Shown piece after piece: positions 9,082 to 18,034 of a stretch of DNA of 64,000 nucleotides. The stretch comes from Candidatus Poribacteria bacterium. GTDB taxonomy: Bacteria; Poribacteria; WGA-4E; PCPOR2b. The stretch's first letter is position 1. Every line of letters begins with the position of its first letter. Made by a program: the position numbers and the translations under genes. The stretch lies in assembly GCA_003635265.1 (NCBI GenBank), contig PYIZ01000029.1, forward strand, positions 77,796 to 141,795, given 5' to 3'. The notes under the pieces were generated by a model, which saw only the letters and a list, made by a program, of their open reading frames with translations, was not told the origin of the DNA and searched no databases.

Positions 9082-9789
9082 ATGATGAAACAGCAAAAAG
9101 GATTTGACTGGTTTAAGTTGGCGACGACCGCGATGTTTGTTACCGGGATTGGACTTTGCCTGTTTTCCATTTTTTCGTGGATCGTTTTTCGTGAATCTTT
9201 GTCAACAAACACCGTTAAGGTTAATTTAGATGTGCCACCGGTCTCATCTATTGAATATAAAGCCCAATACCTTCAAAACGATCCATCATCTGAGTGGGAA
9301 GGCGCCATATATCAGGATACGACAACACAGGAAGATACGACGCAAATTAATAAAATCCCTCCACAGTTTGAGCCGCTAGACAGCGACCTATTATCCGAGT
9401 TTGAAGAAATCGTGTTTGATGATATAGATCAGACCGATGAATTTGGACAAACGCCGGAAGAGCTTGAACAAATGGCTGCTGACGTCCTTCAAAAACTTAA
9501 TGAAGTTGTTGGGGAATATCGAAGCATAGCCGCCGAAAGTGCTGACCTATTAAAAATGCCACCAAGTCCTGAAATCGGCAAGCGCTGGAACAACCTTAAA
9601 CAAGGAAAAATAGATCTCATGCCTCACGTAATCAACCTCGTGCAGACCTATCTGTTATATACAAAAGATACTGTTGCATTTAATCCCGGTGGAAAAATTG
9701 CGGAGGCAATTGAGGGGATCTTGGAAGTAGAGCTAGGTACGGCACCAGATGGAAGACCGATAATGGTAAGCATATCTCCGCATTTTTAG
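9082..9789 (+). CDS. Hypothetical membrane-anchored acidic protein
   Basis: ORF 8896..9789. AGGAGG at 9074-9079 favours the ATGATG start at 9082/9085. One TM helix (LATTAMFVTGIGLCLFSIFSWIVF), then a D/E/T/Q-rich linker and a helical C-terminus. I recognise no family. Confidence 0.6.
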   Translation: MMKQQKGFDWFKLATTAMFVTGIGLCLFSIFSWIVFRESLSTNTVKVNLDVPPVSSIEYKAQYLQNDPSSEWEGAIYQDTTTQEDTTQINKIPPQFEPLDSDLLSEFEEIVFDDIDQTDEFGQTPEELEQMAADVLQKLNEVVGEYRSIAAESADLLKMPPSPEIGKRWNNLKQGKIDLMPHVINLVQTYLLYTKDTVAFNPGGKIAEAIEGILEVELGTAPDGRPIMVSISPHF

Positions 9790-9814
9790 TAATTCTGGGC
9801 GGATATTCCCGATT

Positions 9815-9928
9815 CGCTCATGTAGAGAATTAGTGCAACAGCACCACTTACCTCAAAAACCGTAGGCGGGGCATCTTGCCCCGCCATCAATGCTTTCACC
9901 GTAATTGCACTCCGTTTTTACATGAGCC
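9815..9928. mobile_element. MITE-like element (GCTCATGTA...TACATGAGCC termini) carrying a REP hairpin as core
   Basis: Left GCTCATGTAGAGAATTAGTGCAA (9816-9838). Right TTGCACTCCGTTTTTACATGAGCC (9905-9928) is its inverted repeat. The core contains cGTAGGCGGGGCAtctTGCCCCGCC (9861-9885). No clear target-site duplication. Confidence 0.65.
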
Positions 9929-9981
9929 TTTTAACTTTGTTCTGGTATACCTGACTAACAACTTAGGTAAGGAGTTCTTTC

Positions 9982-10848
9982 ATGAACAAGCAACGATGTT
10001 TGTGCATCGTCTTTTCGCTTATCATTTTTGGGGGAGGAGTTCCTGACGGTTGGGGTCAAGCTGAATCTCCTCTGCCTCCGATCGACGCTCAATCCCTGAC
10101 TACAGGACTTGAAGCTACAGAATCGCTTATTGTGTCTGGAAAAGGGAAGGTGTATTTCACGTATGAAAGAAAGGATTTTCCAACTATTGAAGACTTCGGT
10201 TTTGACGGGCAGAAAACTGCTTTTAACTTTCATGTTGGCATCCTCAAGGACAGACGGGTTTTATTTGATGGCGAAAATGAGTTGATGATTCATAATGACC
10301 CAAACTCAGAAATCCCAAAACTTTATCTACATCCACGAAAGACAACACTTCTACATGAAGATCCGCGCAATTGGGGACTTCAGGTGTATGATATTCCTTT
10401 AAGCCAACACCTTCAGAAAAACGGAATGAAGATTCTTGGAAGTGAAGTCTTGGGAGAACTGCCATGCTACATCGTCGAGTCGAAGTGTAACGGAGAACCG
10501 ATAACGTTTTGGATCACCCCTGAGAGAGGCTTTCGTTGTGTACAAATTCAATATGACTCTATGTGGTATAATCCAGCCCCTTGGCCCACAGTGAAAACAG
10601 AGCGGATAGAGTATAAAGCGTACCAAATTGGTAATCAGGAGGTGTGGTTTCCTGCAGCGGGCAGCATGAAAACTCACAGGAAGTCAGATGGGCAATTTCT
10701 GAGCGGTCTTAACATGGAAGTAAAGGATTTTCAATTGAATGTTGATGTTTCGGATATATTTCAAGTTCAGATTGAGCCGGAGACAAAAGTGTGGGTTAAA
10801 AAGATGGAGGAATTTGTACCCCTCAAAGAAATTGATTGGAAGCCATAA
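9982..10848 (+). CDS. Hypothetical secreted protein, possibly LolA-fold (lipoprotein-sorting-like)
   Basis: ORF 9982..10848 with an AAGGAG RBS and signal peptide MNKQRCLCIVFSLIIFGGG. The ILGSEVLGELPCYIVES...ITFWITPERGF pattern resembles LolA-like domains. This is a weak call. Confidence 0.35.
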   Translation: MNKQRCLCIVFSLIIFGGGVPDGWGQAESPLPPIDAQSLTTGLEATESLIVSGKGKVYFTYERKDFPTIEDFGFDGQKTAFNFHVGILKDRRVLFDGENELMIHNDPNSEIPKLYLHPRKTTLLHEDPRNWGLQVYDIPLSQHLQKNGMKILGSEVLGELPCYIVESKCNGEPITFWITPERGFRCVQIQYDSMWYNPAPWPTVKTERIEYKAYQIGNQEVWFPAAGSMKTHRKSDGQFLSGLNMEVKDFQLNVDVSDIFQVQIEPETKVWVKKMEEFVPLKEIDWKP

Positions 10849-10881
10849 GCATACGGACCTATATAAAGAAGGAAAGAGACA

Positions 10882-11838
10882 ATGAAATTCCTACTGTTTA
10901 ACCAAACCTTACAGCCTCCGTGCCTGATTGTAATGCTGTGCCTTATGCTAATGTCAACAGGTCCAGCACAATCGCTCGATTCAATGATTGCTTTTTCTTC
11001 AGACCGTGAGGGTAGACTTGACATTTTTGTAATGAAGTCTGATGGTTCTCAGCAGCGCAATCTCACGAAAAATCCCACCTCAGTCCATATTGACCCTGCT
11101 TGGTCTCCCGATGGTCGGAAAATTGCCTTTGAGAGATTCGGAAAAATTTATGTTATGAACAACGCTGATGGCAAACATCTCATCAATCTGACCCCAAATC
11201 AACCTGGGAGCACGGCGCCTGCTTGGTTTCCTGATGGTCGAAAAATTGCCTTTGCAAAGGACAGGGACATTTATATTATGAATGCTAACGGTGAAAGCCC
11301 TGTCAATCTTACCGAAGGTCCCCCAGACGATAAAGATCCCGCTTGGTCTCCTGATGGACGAAAAATCGCCTTTGAGAGAGATTGGGATATTTATATCATG
11401 AATGCTAATGGCAAACGTCCTATCAGACTGACTTTCGTCATTGGTTTTAACAGGGAGCCCGCTTGGTCTCCCAATGGTCGGAAAATTGCTTTTCGGTCAA
11501 ACCGTGATGGAAACTGGGAGATTTATGTCATGAATGCTGACGGTACTGAGCAGGTCCAACTTACCAATACTGATACCCTCCCCAACGATTTTCCTGTTTA
11601 CAATAGAAACCCTTTCTGGTCTCCGAATAGTCGAAAAATTGGTTTTGATTCAAACCGCAATGGAAATTATGAAATTTATGTTATGGACGCTGACGGCGAG
11701 AATCCGACCAATCTCACGCAAAACCCAGCAAGTGATATAGGCGGTTCATGGGTTCTGGGTGAATTGGCAGTGTCTCCCAAGACAAGGTTATTGACGTTAT
11801 GGGGCGAAATAAAAACACTGGAAGGAGAGGAGAAATAA
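10882..11838 (+). CDS. Secreted PD40 (TolB-like) beta-propeller repeat protein
   Basis: ORF 10882..11838 with a hydrophobic N-terminus. Blades repeat as PAWSPDGRKIAFE...IYIMNANG. Confidence 0.88.
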   Translation: MKFLLFNQTLQPPCLIVMLCLMLMSTGPAQSLDSMIAFSSDREGRLDIFVMKSDGSQQRNLTKNPTSVHIDPAWSPDGRKIAFERFGKIYVMNNADGKHLINLTPNQPGSTAPAWFPDGRKIAFAKDRDIYIMNANGESPVNLTEGPPDDKDPAWSPDGRKIAFERDWDIYIMNANGKRPIRLTFVIGFNREPAWSPNGRKIAFRSNRDGNWEIYVMNADGTEQVQLTNTDTLPNDFPVYNRNPFWSPNSRKIGFDSNRNGNYEIYVMDADGENPTNLTQNPASDIGGSWVLGELAVSPKTRLLTLWGEIKTLEGEEK

Positions 11839-11892
11839 ATACTTCACGAAAGTCCATGCCGATTTCTGCGACTTGAGCAAATTGACTGTGCT

Positions 11893-13851
11893 TCAGCGTT
11901 CTTCTAATTTTTTTAATTCCCCCCACGTTATGATCCGTTTTCCAACAGCCTCCACCGCATACACGAAACCGGGTCTGACCCAATCCGCCTGTCTCGCATC
12001 TTCCATCCATAGCGTCACGGTTTCGGTGGCAAGATCGATCAGATAGAGCGAAGTTTCGCGATCTCTTTCTCTTCTTGGATCTCTCTCCTCTTGGTGGATC
12101 TCCATCTCTCCCTCTCTTCCTGATAAGATGAGTTGCGATCCATCAGGTCCCCAAACCAATCGAGACAAACTCCAATACTTTTTTCCAACTGTTCTTAGTA
12201 ATACGAATGCGTGTTTTTGTGCAGTATCAAGATTCATCAAATGCATCGTATATTCTGTTCCGAGGTGTATTGGTTCTATTGGTTCTCTTGCTTCCCTCGC
12301 ACTGAAAAGGAGATTGTCCCCTCCCGGCGACCATACAGGACTTGACCAATTGATAAGTTCGTCAGTTTTTAACGGGGTTGGTACCTTCCCATCGATCCGA
12401 ATCTTCATTAGACCCGCCGAGTTTTGTTCTTCGACGACGTAAATGAGATGTTGACTATCAGGGGACCAAGCCGGACGGAACCAACTTAGACCAGAGAAAT
12501 AGGTGAGCTTAAAACGGGTGATCAGATGTTCGTGGTGACCTTGTGAATCTGTGATATAAAGTCCCCAATCAACAACCTGTTCCCAATCAACCTGAGCGTC
12601 TCCAGACATAAAGGCAATCCATCTGCCATCTGGGGACCAAATTGGCGGCCCATCAAGTTCGCGGTGATGGTGCGTGATTTGCTGGACATTCTGCCCGTTT
12701 ATGTCCATCGTGTGGATTCTCGATGCGCCATTTTGAAGTGAGAGAAAGGCAATTTTGTGTCCGTCTGGAGACCAAATAGGTGCGAGGTTTAGACCGGGTT
12801 CAAACGTCAGTCGCTGTAGATTTTGACCGTCCGCCTCCATCACAAAAATTGCAGATTCAAAATCTCCAATTGCTTCCCCTTTTTTTACCAATCGGTCAAA
12901 CACAATTTTTTCTCCGTCGGGCGACCAGCTAGCATGCCCTTCTTCCTCTGGCGTTTGTGTCAAATTTATTATATCTTCGCCGTTGTTGTCCATGACGAAG
13001 ATGTCACTCCAATCAGGTCCTGGACGACCGACGGGACTTTGCATAACAAATAGGATTTTGTGGCCTTCTGGGTGCCAATCTAATGGGATTCTCTCCTCGG
13101 CACCCCCGGACGTTAAAGCGGTTATACTCTCTTTTGCCAAATTTATCATGTAGATTTGCAGTGGATTCGGTGGGGGCGGTTGTGTGATTACAATGTTATC
13201 AATGTATCCGATTTGGCTGCGTTTTGGTGACCAAGTGGGGAGGTCTACTCGTGTGAATGGGTGTGATGTAATATTGACGATGTCATTTCCATCGTTGCTA
13301 ATGATAGATATTCCTGCCCTGCCTACCCCGGTATCTTGATAATAATATATGATGTGCTCACTATCGGGGGACCAGTTAGGATTAGCAATCCACATTGGGG
13401 AGTCTGGTTGAAGGATATGTCGAATCTGGTGTCGTTTAATATCCATCACACAAAGATCTGTTTGTGGACCCTCCACTACGTCTGTAATCATGAGAAACAA
13501 GATTTTTTGCCCATCAGGTGACCAGTCTAGGTGTTCGTATCGAATATGCCGTTCGGCATTGTTGGTCAATTGTTCGAGTTGGCGTGTTGCGATGTTCAGT
13601 TTGAAAATGTTTGAGCTGTGTGCAACAAACACAACCTCAGTGCCATCCGGTGAAATTGAGGGCCAACTAGCAGACAGATTCCGGGTGAGTTGAACGGGGC
13701 GTCCATCTAAACCTTCAACCAAGAAGACTTCGGGAGTACCTTGGCGTTCGGAAACGAAGACGATTTTATCTTCCAATTCTCTTGCGTGCACGGATATGTC
13801 AATTAAAATCAGAAGCGCGATACACGAAAAGGCTAAAAGTTTCCTTTCCAT
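11893..13851 (-). CDS. Large secreted PD40/WD40-like beta-propeller protein (probably two propellers)
   Basis: ORF 11893..13851 with signal peptide MERKLLAFSCIALLILIDISVHA. Many WSPDG.KI.F blades across 652 aa. Confidence 0.85.
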   Translation of the reverse strand: MERKLLAFSCIALLILIDISVHARELEDKIVFVSERQGTPEVFLVEGLDGRPVQLTRNLSASWPSISPDGTEVVFVAHSSNIFKLNIATRQLEQLTNNAERHIRYEHLDWSPDGQKILFLMITDVVEGPQTDLCVMDIKRHQIRHILQPDSPMWIANPNWSPDSEHIIYYYQDTGVGRAGISIISNDGNDIVNITSHPFTRVDLPTWSPKRSQIGYIDNIVITQPPPPNPLQIYMINLAKESITALTSGGAEERIPLDWHPEGHKILFVMQSPVGRPGPDWSDIFVMDNNGEDIINLTQTPEEEGHASWSPDGEKIVFDRLVKKGEAIGDFESAIFVMEADGQNLQRLTFEPGLNLAPIWSPDGHKIAFLSLQNGASRIHTMDINGQNVQQITHHHRELDGPPIWSPDGRWIAFMSGDAQVDWEQVVDWGLYITDSQGHHEHLITRFKLTYFSGLSWFRPAWSPDSQHLIYVVEEQNSAGLMKIRIDGKVPTPLKTDELINWSSPVWSPGGDNLLFSAREAREPIEPIHLGTEYTMHLMNLDTAQKHAFVLLRTVGKKYWSLSRLVWGPDGSQLILSGREGEMEIHQEERDPRRERDRETSLYLIDLATETVTLWMEDARQADWVRPGFVYAVEAVGKRIITWGELKKLEER

Positions 13852-13870
13852 ATCAGCCGTTTTCCTTCTC

Positions 13871-13961
13871 GACTCATGTTAAGATTTAGTGCAAAGAAAC
13901 CGAGTTTTTTCTTCAAAACTTGGTTTCTCTTCGTGCTTTGCACTTTCTGTTTACATGAGCC
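13871..13961. mobile_element. MITE (91 bp) with a 9-bp target-site duplication
   Basis: GACTCATGTTAAGATTTAGTGCAA ... TTGCACTTTCTGTTTACATGAGCC, with a core 14-bp-class hairpin AGAAACCGAGTTTT/AAAACTTGGTTTCT. It is flanked by TTCCTTCTC at 13862-13870 and 13962-13970. Confidence 0.85.
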
Positions 13962-14002
13962 TTCCTTCTCATAATGCCGGTAGGCTGCCTCTTCGGATTA
14001 AC

Positions 14003-15262
14003 CTACTTCAAGCAACACTGCTTATACTTCTTACCGCTACCGCAGGGACAGGGCGAATTGCGCCCGACTTTCCGCGTGGGCACTACCGGCTTGGAACGCA
14101 GCAGTGGCATAATACTGTCAGCAGGGCGTCCAGCCTGTAACGCCGCAGCCATCATTTTCATCGGTCGGTCAATATGGTTGAAGAACTGCTTATAACCCGC
14201 ACAAAGATAGTTTAGACCCTCTTCACCGCTCGGCGTTTTGATGAAACGGTTCTTTGGACAGCCACCGTTGCAGACAAAACGGACTTCGCAGTCTAGGCAA
14301 TACTGAGGCAGAGTATCCCGCTTGTCGGTTCCGAACTTCCGTTGGAACGTTGATTCGACCAACGCTTCCATCGGGTTGTCCATAACGTTTCCGAGGAAGT
14401 ATTCCGGGTCAACGTAATGATCACAGGAGTAGAGGTCGCCGTTATGCTCGATTGCCATCGCGTTCCCGCAGGTCTCGTTGAAGATGCACAGACTTGGGTT
14501 ATACCCCAACCAAGCCTCTAATGCGACATCGAAAATTTGGACGAAGATCTTCCCAATATCGTTGACAACCCACTCATCGAAGATGGCACAGAGGAATTTA
14601 CCGTACTGCGCTGCGCGAACCGTGCGGTCGGTTACACCTTTCTCCTCCACGCGCTCGACAGCGGGGATAAACTGCATAAACTGAGTGCCAAGTTCCTTGA
14701 AATAGCGGTACACCTCAAGCGGATAATCGGCGTTGTGGCTGTTCACGACACAGAGCACATTGTAATCCACCTGATGCTTCTGTAGGAATCGCAATCCCCG
14801 AATGACATCATCGGAGGAAGGTCTGCCCCGCTTGTCGTAGCGATATTTATCGTGCAGTTCGGGAGGACCATCAATGCTAATACCGATTAGGAAGTTGTTC
14901 TGCTTGAAGAAGGTGCACCACTCATCATTCAGGAGCGTTGCATTGGTCTGGAATGTATTCTGGATGCGCGTGCCGACCCGTCGGTATGTCTCCTGATATT
15001 CGACAGCCCGCCGGAAGAAGTCGACGCCCATCAGTGTGGGTTCGCCCCCTTGCCAAGCAAAAGTTATCTCATTGACCTGCTGCGATTCGATATATTGACG
15101 GACATAATTTTCCAAAACCTCATCGGTCATCCGAAATGACCGCGTATCTGGATAGAGGTTCTCTTTATCCAGATAGAAGCAGTATTCACAATCCAAATTA
15201 CAGATTGCCCCAATCGGTTTTGTCATCACATGAAACGCACGTGGTGCTTTGTCTTCAATCAT
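14003..15262 (-). CDS. Anaerobic sulfatase-maturating enzyme (radical SAM/SPASM) with a C-terminal SEC-C motif
   Basis: ORF 14003..15262. FHVMTKPIGAICNLDCEYCFY (CxxxCxxC), GGEPTLMG, and SPASM Cys clusters (CDHY..., CLDCEVRFVCNGGCPKNRF). The C-terminal end is CPCGSGKKYKQCC. Its ATG overlaps the upstream stop (ATGA). Confidence 0.88.
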   Translation of the reverse strand: MIEDKAPRAFHVMTKPIGAICNLDCEYCFYLDKENLYPDTRSFRMTDEVLENYVRQYIESQQVNEITFAWQGGEPTLMGVDFFRRAVEYQETYRRVGTRIQNTFQTNATLLNDEWCTFFKQNNFLIGISIDGPPELHDKYRYDKRGRPSSDDVIRGLRFLQKHQVDYNVLCVVNSHNADYPLEVYRYFKELGTQFMQFIPAVERVEEKGVTDRTVRAAQYGKFLCAIFDEWVVNDIGKIFVQIFDVALEAWLGYNPSLCIFNETCGNAMAIEHNGDLYSCDHYVDPEYFLGNVMDNPMEALVESTFQRKFGTDKRDTLPQYCLDCEVRFVCNGGCPKNRFIKTPSGEEGLNYLCAGYKQFFNHIDRPMKMMAAALQAGRPADSIMPLLRSKPVVPTRKVGRNSPCPCGSGKKYKQCCLK

Positions 15263-16608
15263 TTTTTCACCTTCCTCTGGGTCGTAATCATCGCTACGTT
15301 GAAAACTGACCGCTCGTAGCCGCGCGATGGGCGGTTTACAATGTCGTCAAGTCCCCATAACGCCGATGAACTCCCACCATCAAAGTTTATTGCGTGCTTC
15401 GCGCCGAGGTCCCGCAAAAAACCAGCCATCTCATAAAGCGTCATGCCGATGCTATATCCGTATTGACGACCGTCCACCGCAATCAGGAATAGTTTATCAT
15501 CGTTAAATCCCAACGCGCTCCGCGGGTTCAATCGCGCCCCATTGCGGTGACGATAATTGGATCTGCCGCCTGACTGATGAAATTCCACAAGCTCCGGTTC
15601 AATTTTTCCATTCCGTAAGAGACGGAGATTTCCCCCGATCCCATCAGATACTCGCTGCCATTTGGCGGGTGAAAGCGCGATTTCGAGCGTACCTGTACCA
15701 CCCGCCCTGAATGTGGCATCCCATTTTATCGCTAACTGATAATCGAGTGCCAACACAACGCCGTTGGACGGGATTCCGCTGTTGCCCCGCCGATTGACCG
15801 CATCAATCTTGAAACGATTGCGATACCTGCCTGTAAGCGGCAATTCGAGTCCTTTGAGAGTAACTTCATAACTCCTTCGTGCAAGGGTCTCCTCTCCAAA
15901 TCGGGGTGTGTAGAGCACGGCAGCACAGTCAGCCTCAGGAATTTGATTAATACAATCGACTTCAAGCGATTCTCCATTGATTTGGATAATCCCGTTTAAT
16001 TCAACAGCATCGAGTAAAAATTCGCCATCGGTTGTTACACCAAAACTGGTTTCACCCCAAGGGGACGGTGGTGGAAAACCCCACCAATCGCGTCGTGGGG
16101 CGATACTAACCAATTCCCAGTCTTGGATATGGAGATTAAAGATGACCCCGCCACGCCCGACCCGGTCTCCGCGGAGACCGAAACTCCCATTGACGCCAGC
16201 TAGCAACGGAATATCTTGTTGTGCGAGCCGTCCCGCCATGCTGCTAATTGTCTCCCTGCCCAAGAGACGGTTGTTGGCGAGTTCAACCCCAAAGCGCAGA
16301 TTCCGAGATTCGCGCCTCATTTCAGCGACATAAACCGCTGCATCCCGCTCTTTCCACCAATCACGATAGATTCGTAAGCCTTGGGGCCAATCCGATTTTT
16401 TAAGGTAGTCCCGCTTCTTGGACGCAGGATTTGGACGGTCAGGGGGCGACTTACTGATGAGTCTAGATATAACGGAAGCGGACGCGGAATCGGTGTCGGG
16501 GCTCGGAGTAATCGCTCGTAACGCACCTATCCCCAAAATTAGGAGGAGCGTTAGCCCCCCAACGATGGCGATTTTGATGAGATAAACGCGTTGATTGCTC
16601 TTTTGCAT
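15259..16608 (-). CDS. Phosphodiester glycosidase family protein (DUF2233-like), membrane-anchored
   Basis: ORF 15259..16632. The start is moved to MQKSNQRVYLIKIAIVGGLTLLLILGIGAL (ATG 16606-16608, AAGGA upstream). The C-terminal FNDDKLFLIAVDGRQ...AINFDGGSSSALW is typical of the family. Confidence 0.7.
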   Translation of the reverse strand: MQKSNQRVYLIKIAIVGGLTLLLILGIGALRAITPSPDTDSASASVISRLISKSPPDRPNPASKKRDYLKKSDWPQGLRIYRDWWKERDAAVYVAEMRRESRNLRFGVELANNRLLGRETISSMAGRLAQQDIPLLAGVNGSFGLRGDRVGRGGVIFNLHIQDWELVSIAPRRDWWGFPPPSPWGETSFGVTTDGEFLLDAVELNGIIQINGESLEVDCINQIPEADCAAVLYTPRFGEETLARRSYEVTLKGLELPLTGRYRNRFKIDAVNRRGNSGIPSNGVVLALDYQLAIKWDATFRAGGTGTLEIALSPAKWQRVSDGIGGNLRLLRNGKIEPELVEFHQSGGRSNYRHRNGARLNPRSALGFNDDKLFLIAVDGRQYGYSIGMTLYEMAGFLRDLGAKHAINFDGGSSSALWGLDDIVNRPSRGYERSVFNVAMITTQRKVKK

Positions 16609-16645
16609 CCTCAATTGTCCTTGCTGTCCCATCGTTTTATATGGA

Positions 16646-16736
16646 GGTTCGTATTAAAAGAAAGTGCAAAATGCGAAGAGAAACCGAGTTTTTTCTTGAA
16701 AACTCGGTTTCTTTGCACCATTCCTTAACACGAGCC
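16646..16736. mobile_element. MITE (91 bp) with an 8-bp target-site duplication
   Basis: GGTTCGTATTAAAAGAAAGTGCAA ... TTGCACCATTCCTTAACACGAGCC, with core hairpin GAAACCGAGTTTT/AAAACTCGGTTTC. It is flanked by TATATGGA at 16638-16645 and 16737-16744. Confidence 0.85.
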
Positions 16737-16840
16737 TATATGGAAACTATGGATACTATTTTCACAAATGGCGTAGCAGTCTGTCAAGAATAAACGCAAT
16801 TGCGTTCGCTACCGCTCCCATCAATAGTCCATAAACCGGT

Positions 16841-16869
16841 TTGACTCCGAGGGGGTTTTCAAGTAAAAT
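16841..16869 (+). promoter_or_regulatory. Candidate sigma70 promoter for the aldo/keto reductase gene
   Basis: TTGACT (16841-16846), 17-nt spacer, TAAAAT (16864-16869). It lies about 45 nt upstream of ATG 16915, with a GGTGGAGGGA RBS. Confidence 0.5.
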
Positions 16870-16914
16870 GGTCTGTGTCAATCAATCAAGTCTTAACGAG
16901 GTGGAGGGACTCTA

Positions 16915-17901
16915 ATGAAATATAGAACATTTGGACAAACAGGCCTCACAGTTTCAGAAATCGGGATAGGGGCATTTCCAATCTCTGGTGTATACCAACA
17001 GGCAGATGGCACACGGACAGGTTGGACAGGGACCGATGAGCAGCAATCGATCGCGCTCATCCATCGCGCGGAAGAACTTGGCGTAAACCTGATTGATTCC
17101 GCAGAGAGTTACGGTGCCGGTCATAGCGAAGAAGTTGTTGGGCAGGCGTTGCAGGGGAGGCGGGATAAATGGATTATTGCCACCAAAGTCAGTCCAAACA
17201 GCGGCTTGGACGCAGACGATCCGGATCTACCGGCGCAGGCGAAAAAGCGAATCGTTGAAGCGGTCGAAGGAAGTCTGAAACGACTGAATACAGATTACAT
17301 TGACATCTATCAGCTTCATGCCATTCCGCTGGAAGGGGCGATGCCGGCTGTCATGGAGGCATTATCACAGTTGCGCGATGAGGGCAAGATCCGTTGGTAC
17401 GGTGTTTCGACGAATGATCGAGAGGCAATTGACAAACTCCGAGGGTTGGGTGAGATTCACATGCTACAAATTGGCTACAACCTGCTCGAACGCGATGCAG
17501 ACGATCTGCTTCATTTTGCCAAGCAGGAAAGCATCGGAACACTCATCCGTGTTCCATTGGCGAAGGGGATGTTGACAGGCAAATATTTCCAGAGCAGCGA
17601 AATCCCGGCAGAGGATATACGTTATGAGCGTTTTAATCGGCCGGGGTCGGTTGATGCCTTCAAGAAATTGCCGGCACTCGGTTTCCTCGCAGAAAACACG
17701 GGACGCACAATGGTTCAATCGGCGTTACGTTTTACACTTGACCATCCCGGCACCTCTTGCGTTATCGCTGGCGCGAAAACAATGCAACAGATTGAACAGA
17801 ATGTAGCTTCTGTCAATGTGCCGCCGCTCACCGAATCTGAACTGCAAAGGGCATTCGCCATCGCTGACACGATTCAGACGCCCAATTGGAGTGCAAACTG
17901 A
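16915..17901 (+). CDS. Aldo/keto reductase
   Basis: ORF 16915..17901. LIDSAESYGAGHSEEVVG, YIDIYQLH and a GVSTND-type pattern. Confidence 0.88.
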   Translation: MKYRTFGQTGLTVSEIGIGAFPISGVYQQADGTRTGWTGTDEQQSIALIHRAEELGVNLIDSAESYGAGHSEEVVGQALQGRRDKWIIATKVSPNSGLDADDPDLPAQAKKRIVEAVEGSLKRLNTDYIDIYQLHAIPLEGAMPAVMEALSQLRDEGKIRWYGVSTNDREAIDKLRGLGEIHMLQIGYNLLERDADDLLHFAKQESIGTLIRVPLAKGMLTGKYFQSSEIPAEDIRYERFNRPGSVDAFKKLPALGFLAENTGRTMVQSALRFTLDHPGTSCVIAGAKTMQQIEQNVASVNVPPLTESELQRAFAIADTIQTPNWSAN

Positions 17902-17911
17902 TTTAGGAGGA

Positions 17912-18003
17912 GGCTCATATAAAAAGAGAGTGCAAAGCATGAAGAGAAACCGAGTTTTTTCGGCAAAACTCGGTTTCTGTTACACGATTTCTTTACATGA
18001 GCC
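17912..18003. mobile_element. MITE (92 bp) with an 8-bp target-site duplication
   Basis: GGCTCATATAAAAAGAGAGTGCAA ... CACGATTTCTTTACATGAGCC, with core hairpin AGAAACCGAGTTTT/AAAACTCGGTTTCT. It is flanked by TAGGAGGA at 17904-17911 and 18004-18011. Confidence 0.85.
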
Positions 18004-18034
18004 TAGGAGGAAAGTATGACAAGCAATCCTATCG

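Noticed and set aside
8667-9212. 181-aa minus-strand ORF
   Set aside because: It overlaps the 3' end of a clear PD40 gene, the PD40 relic and the start of the next gene on the opposite strand. It has no recognisable features.
13895-13937. MITE core hairpin considered as an intrinsic terminator for the anSME gene
   Set aside because: The 14-bp stem is not followed by a T/U-tract on either strand, and the same hairpin sits inside the essential spc operon. It is unlikely to be an efficient terminator.
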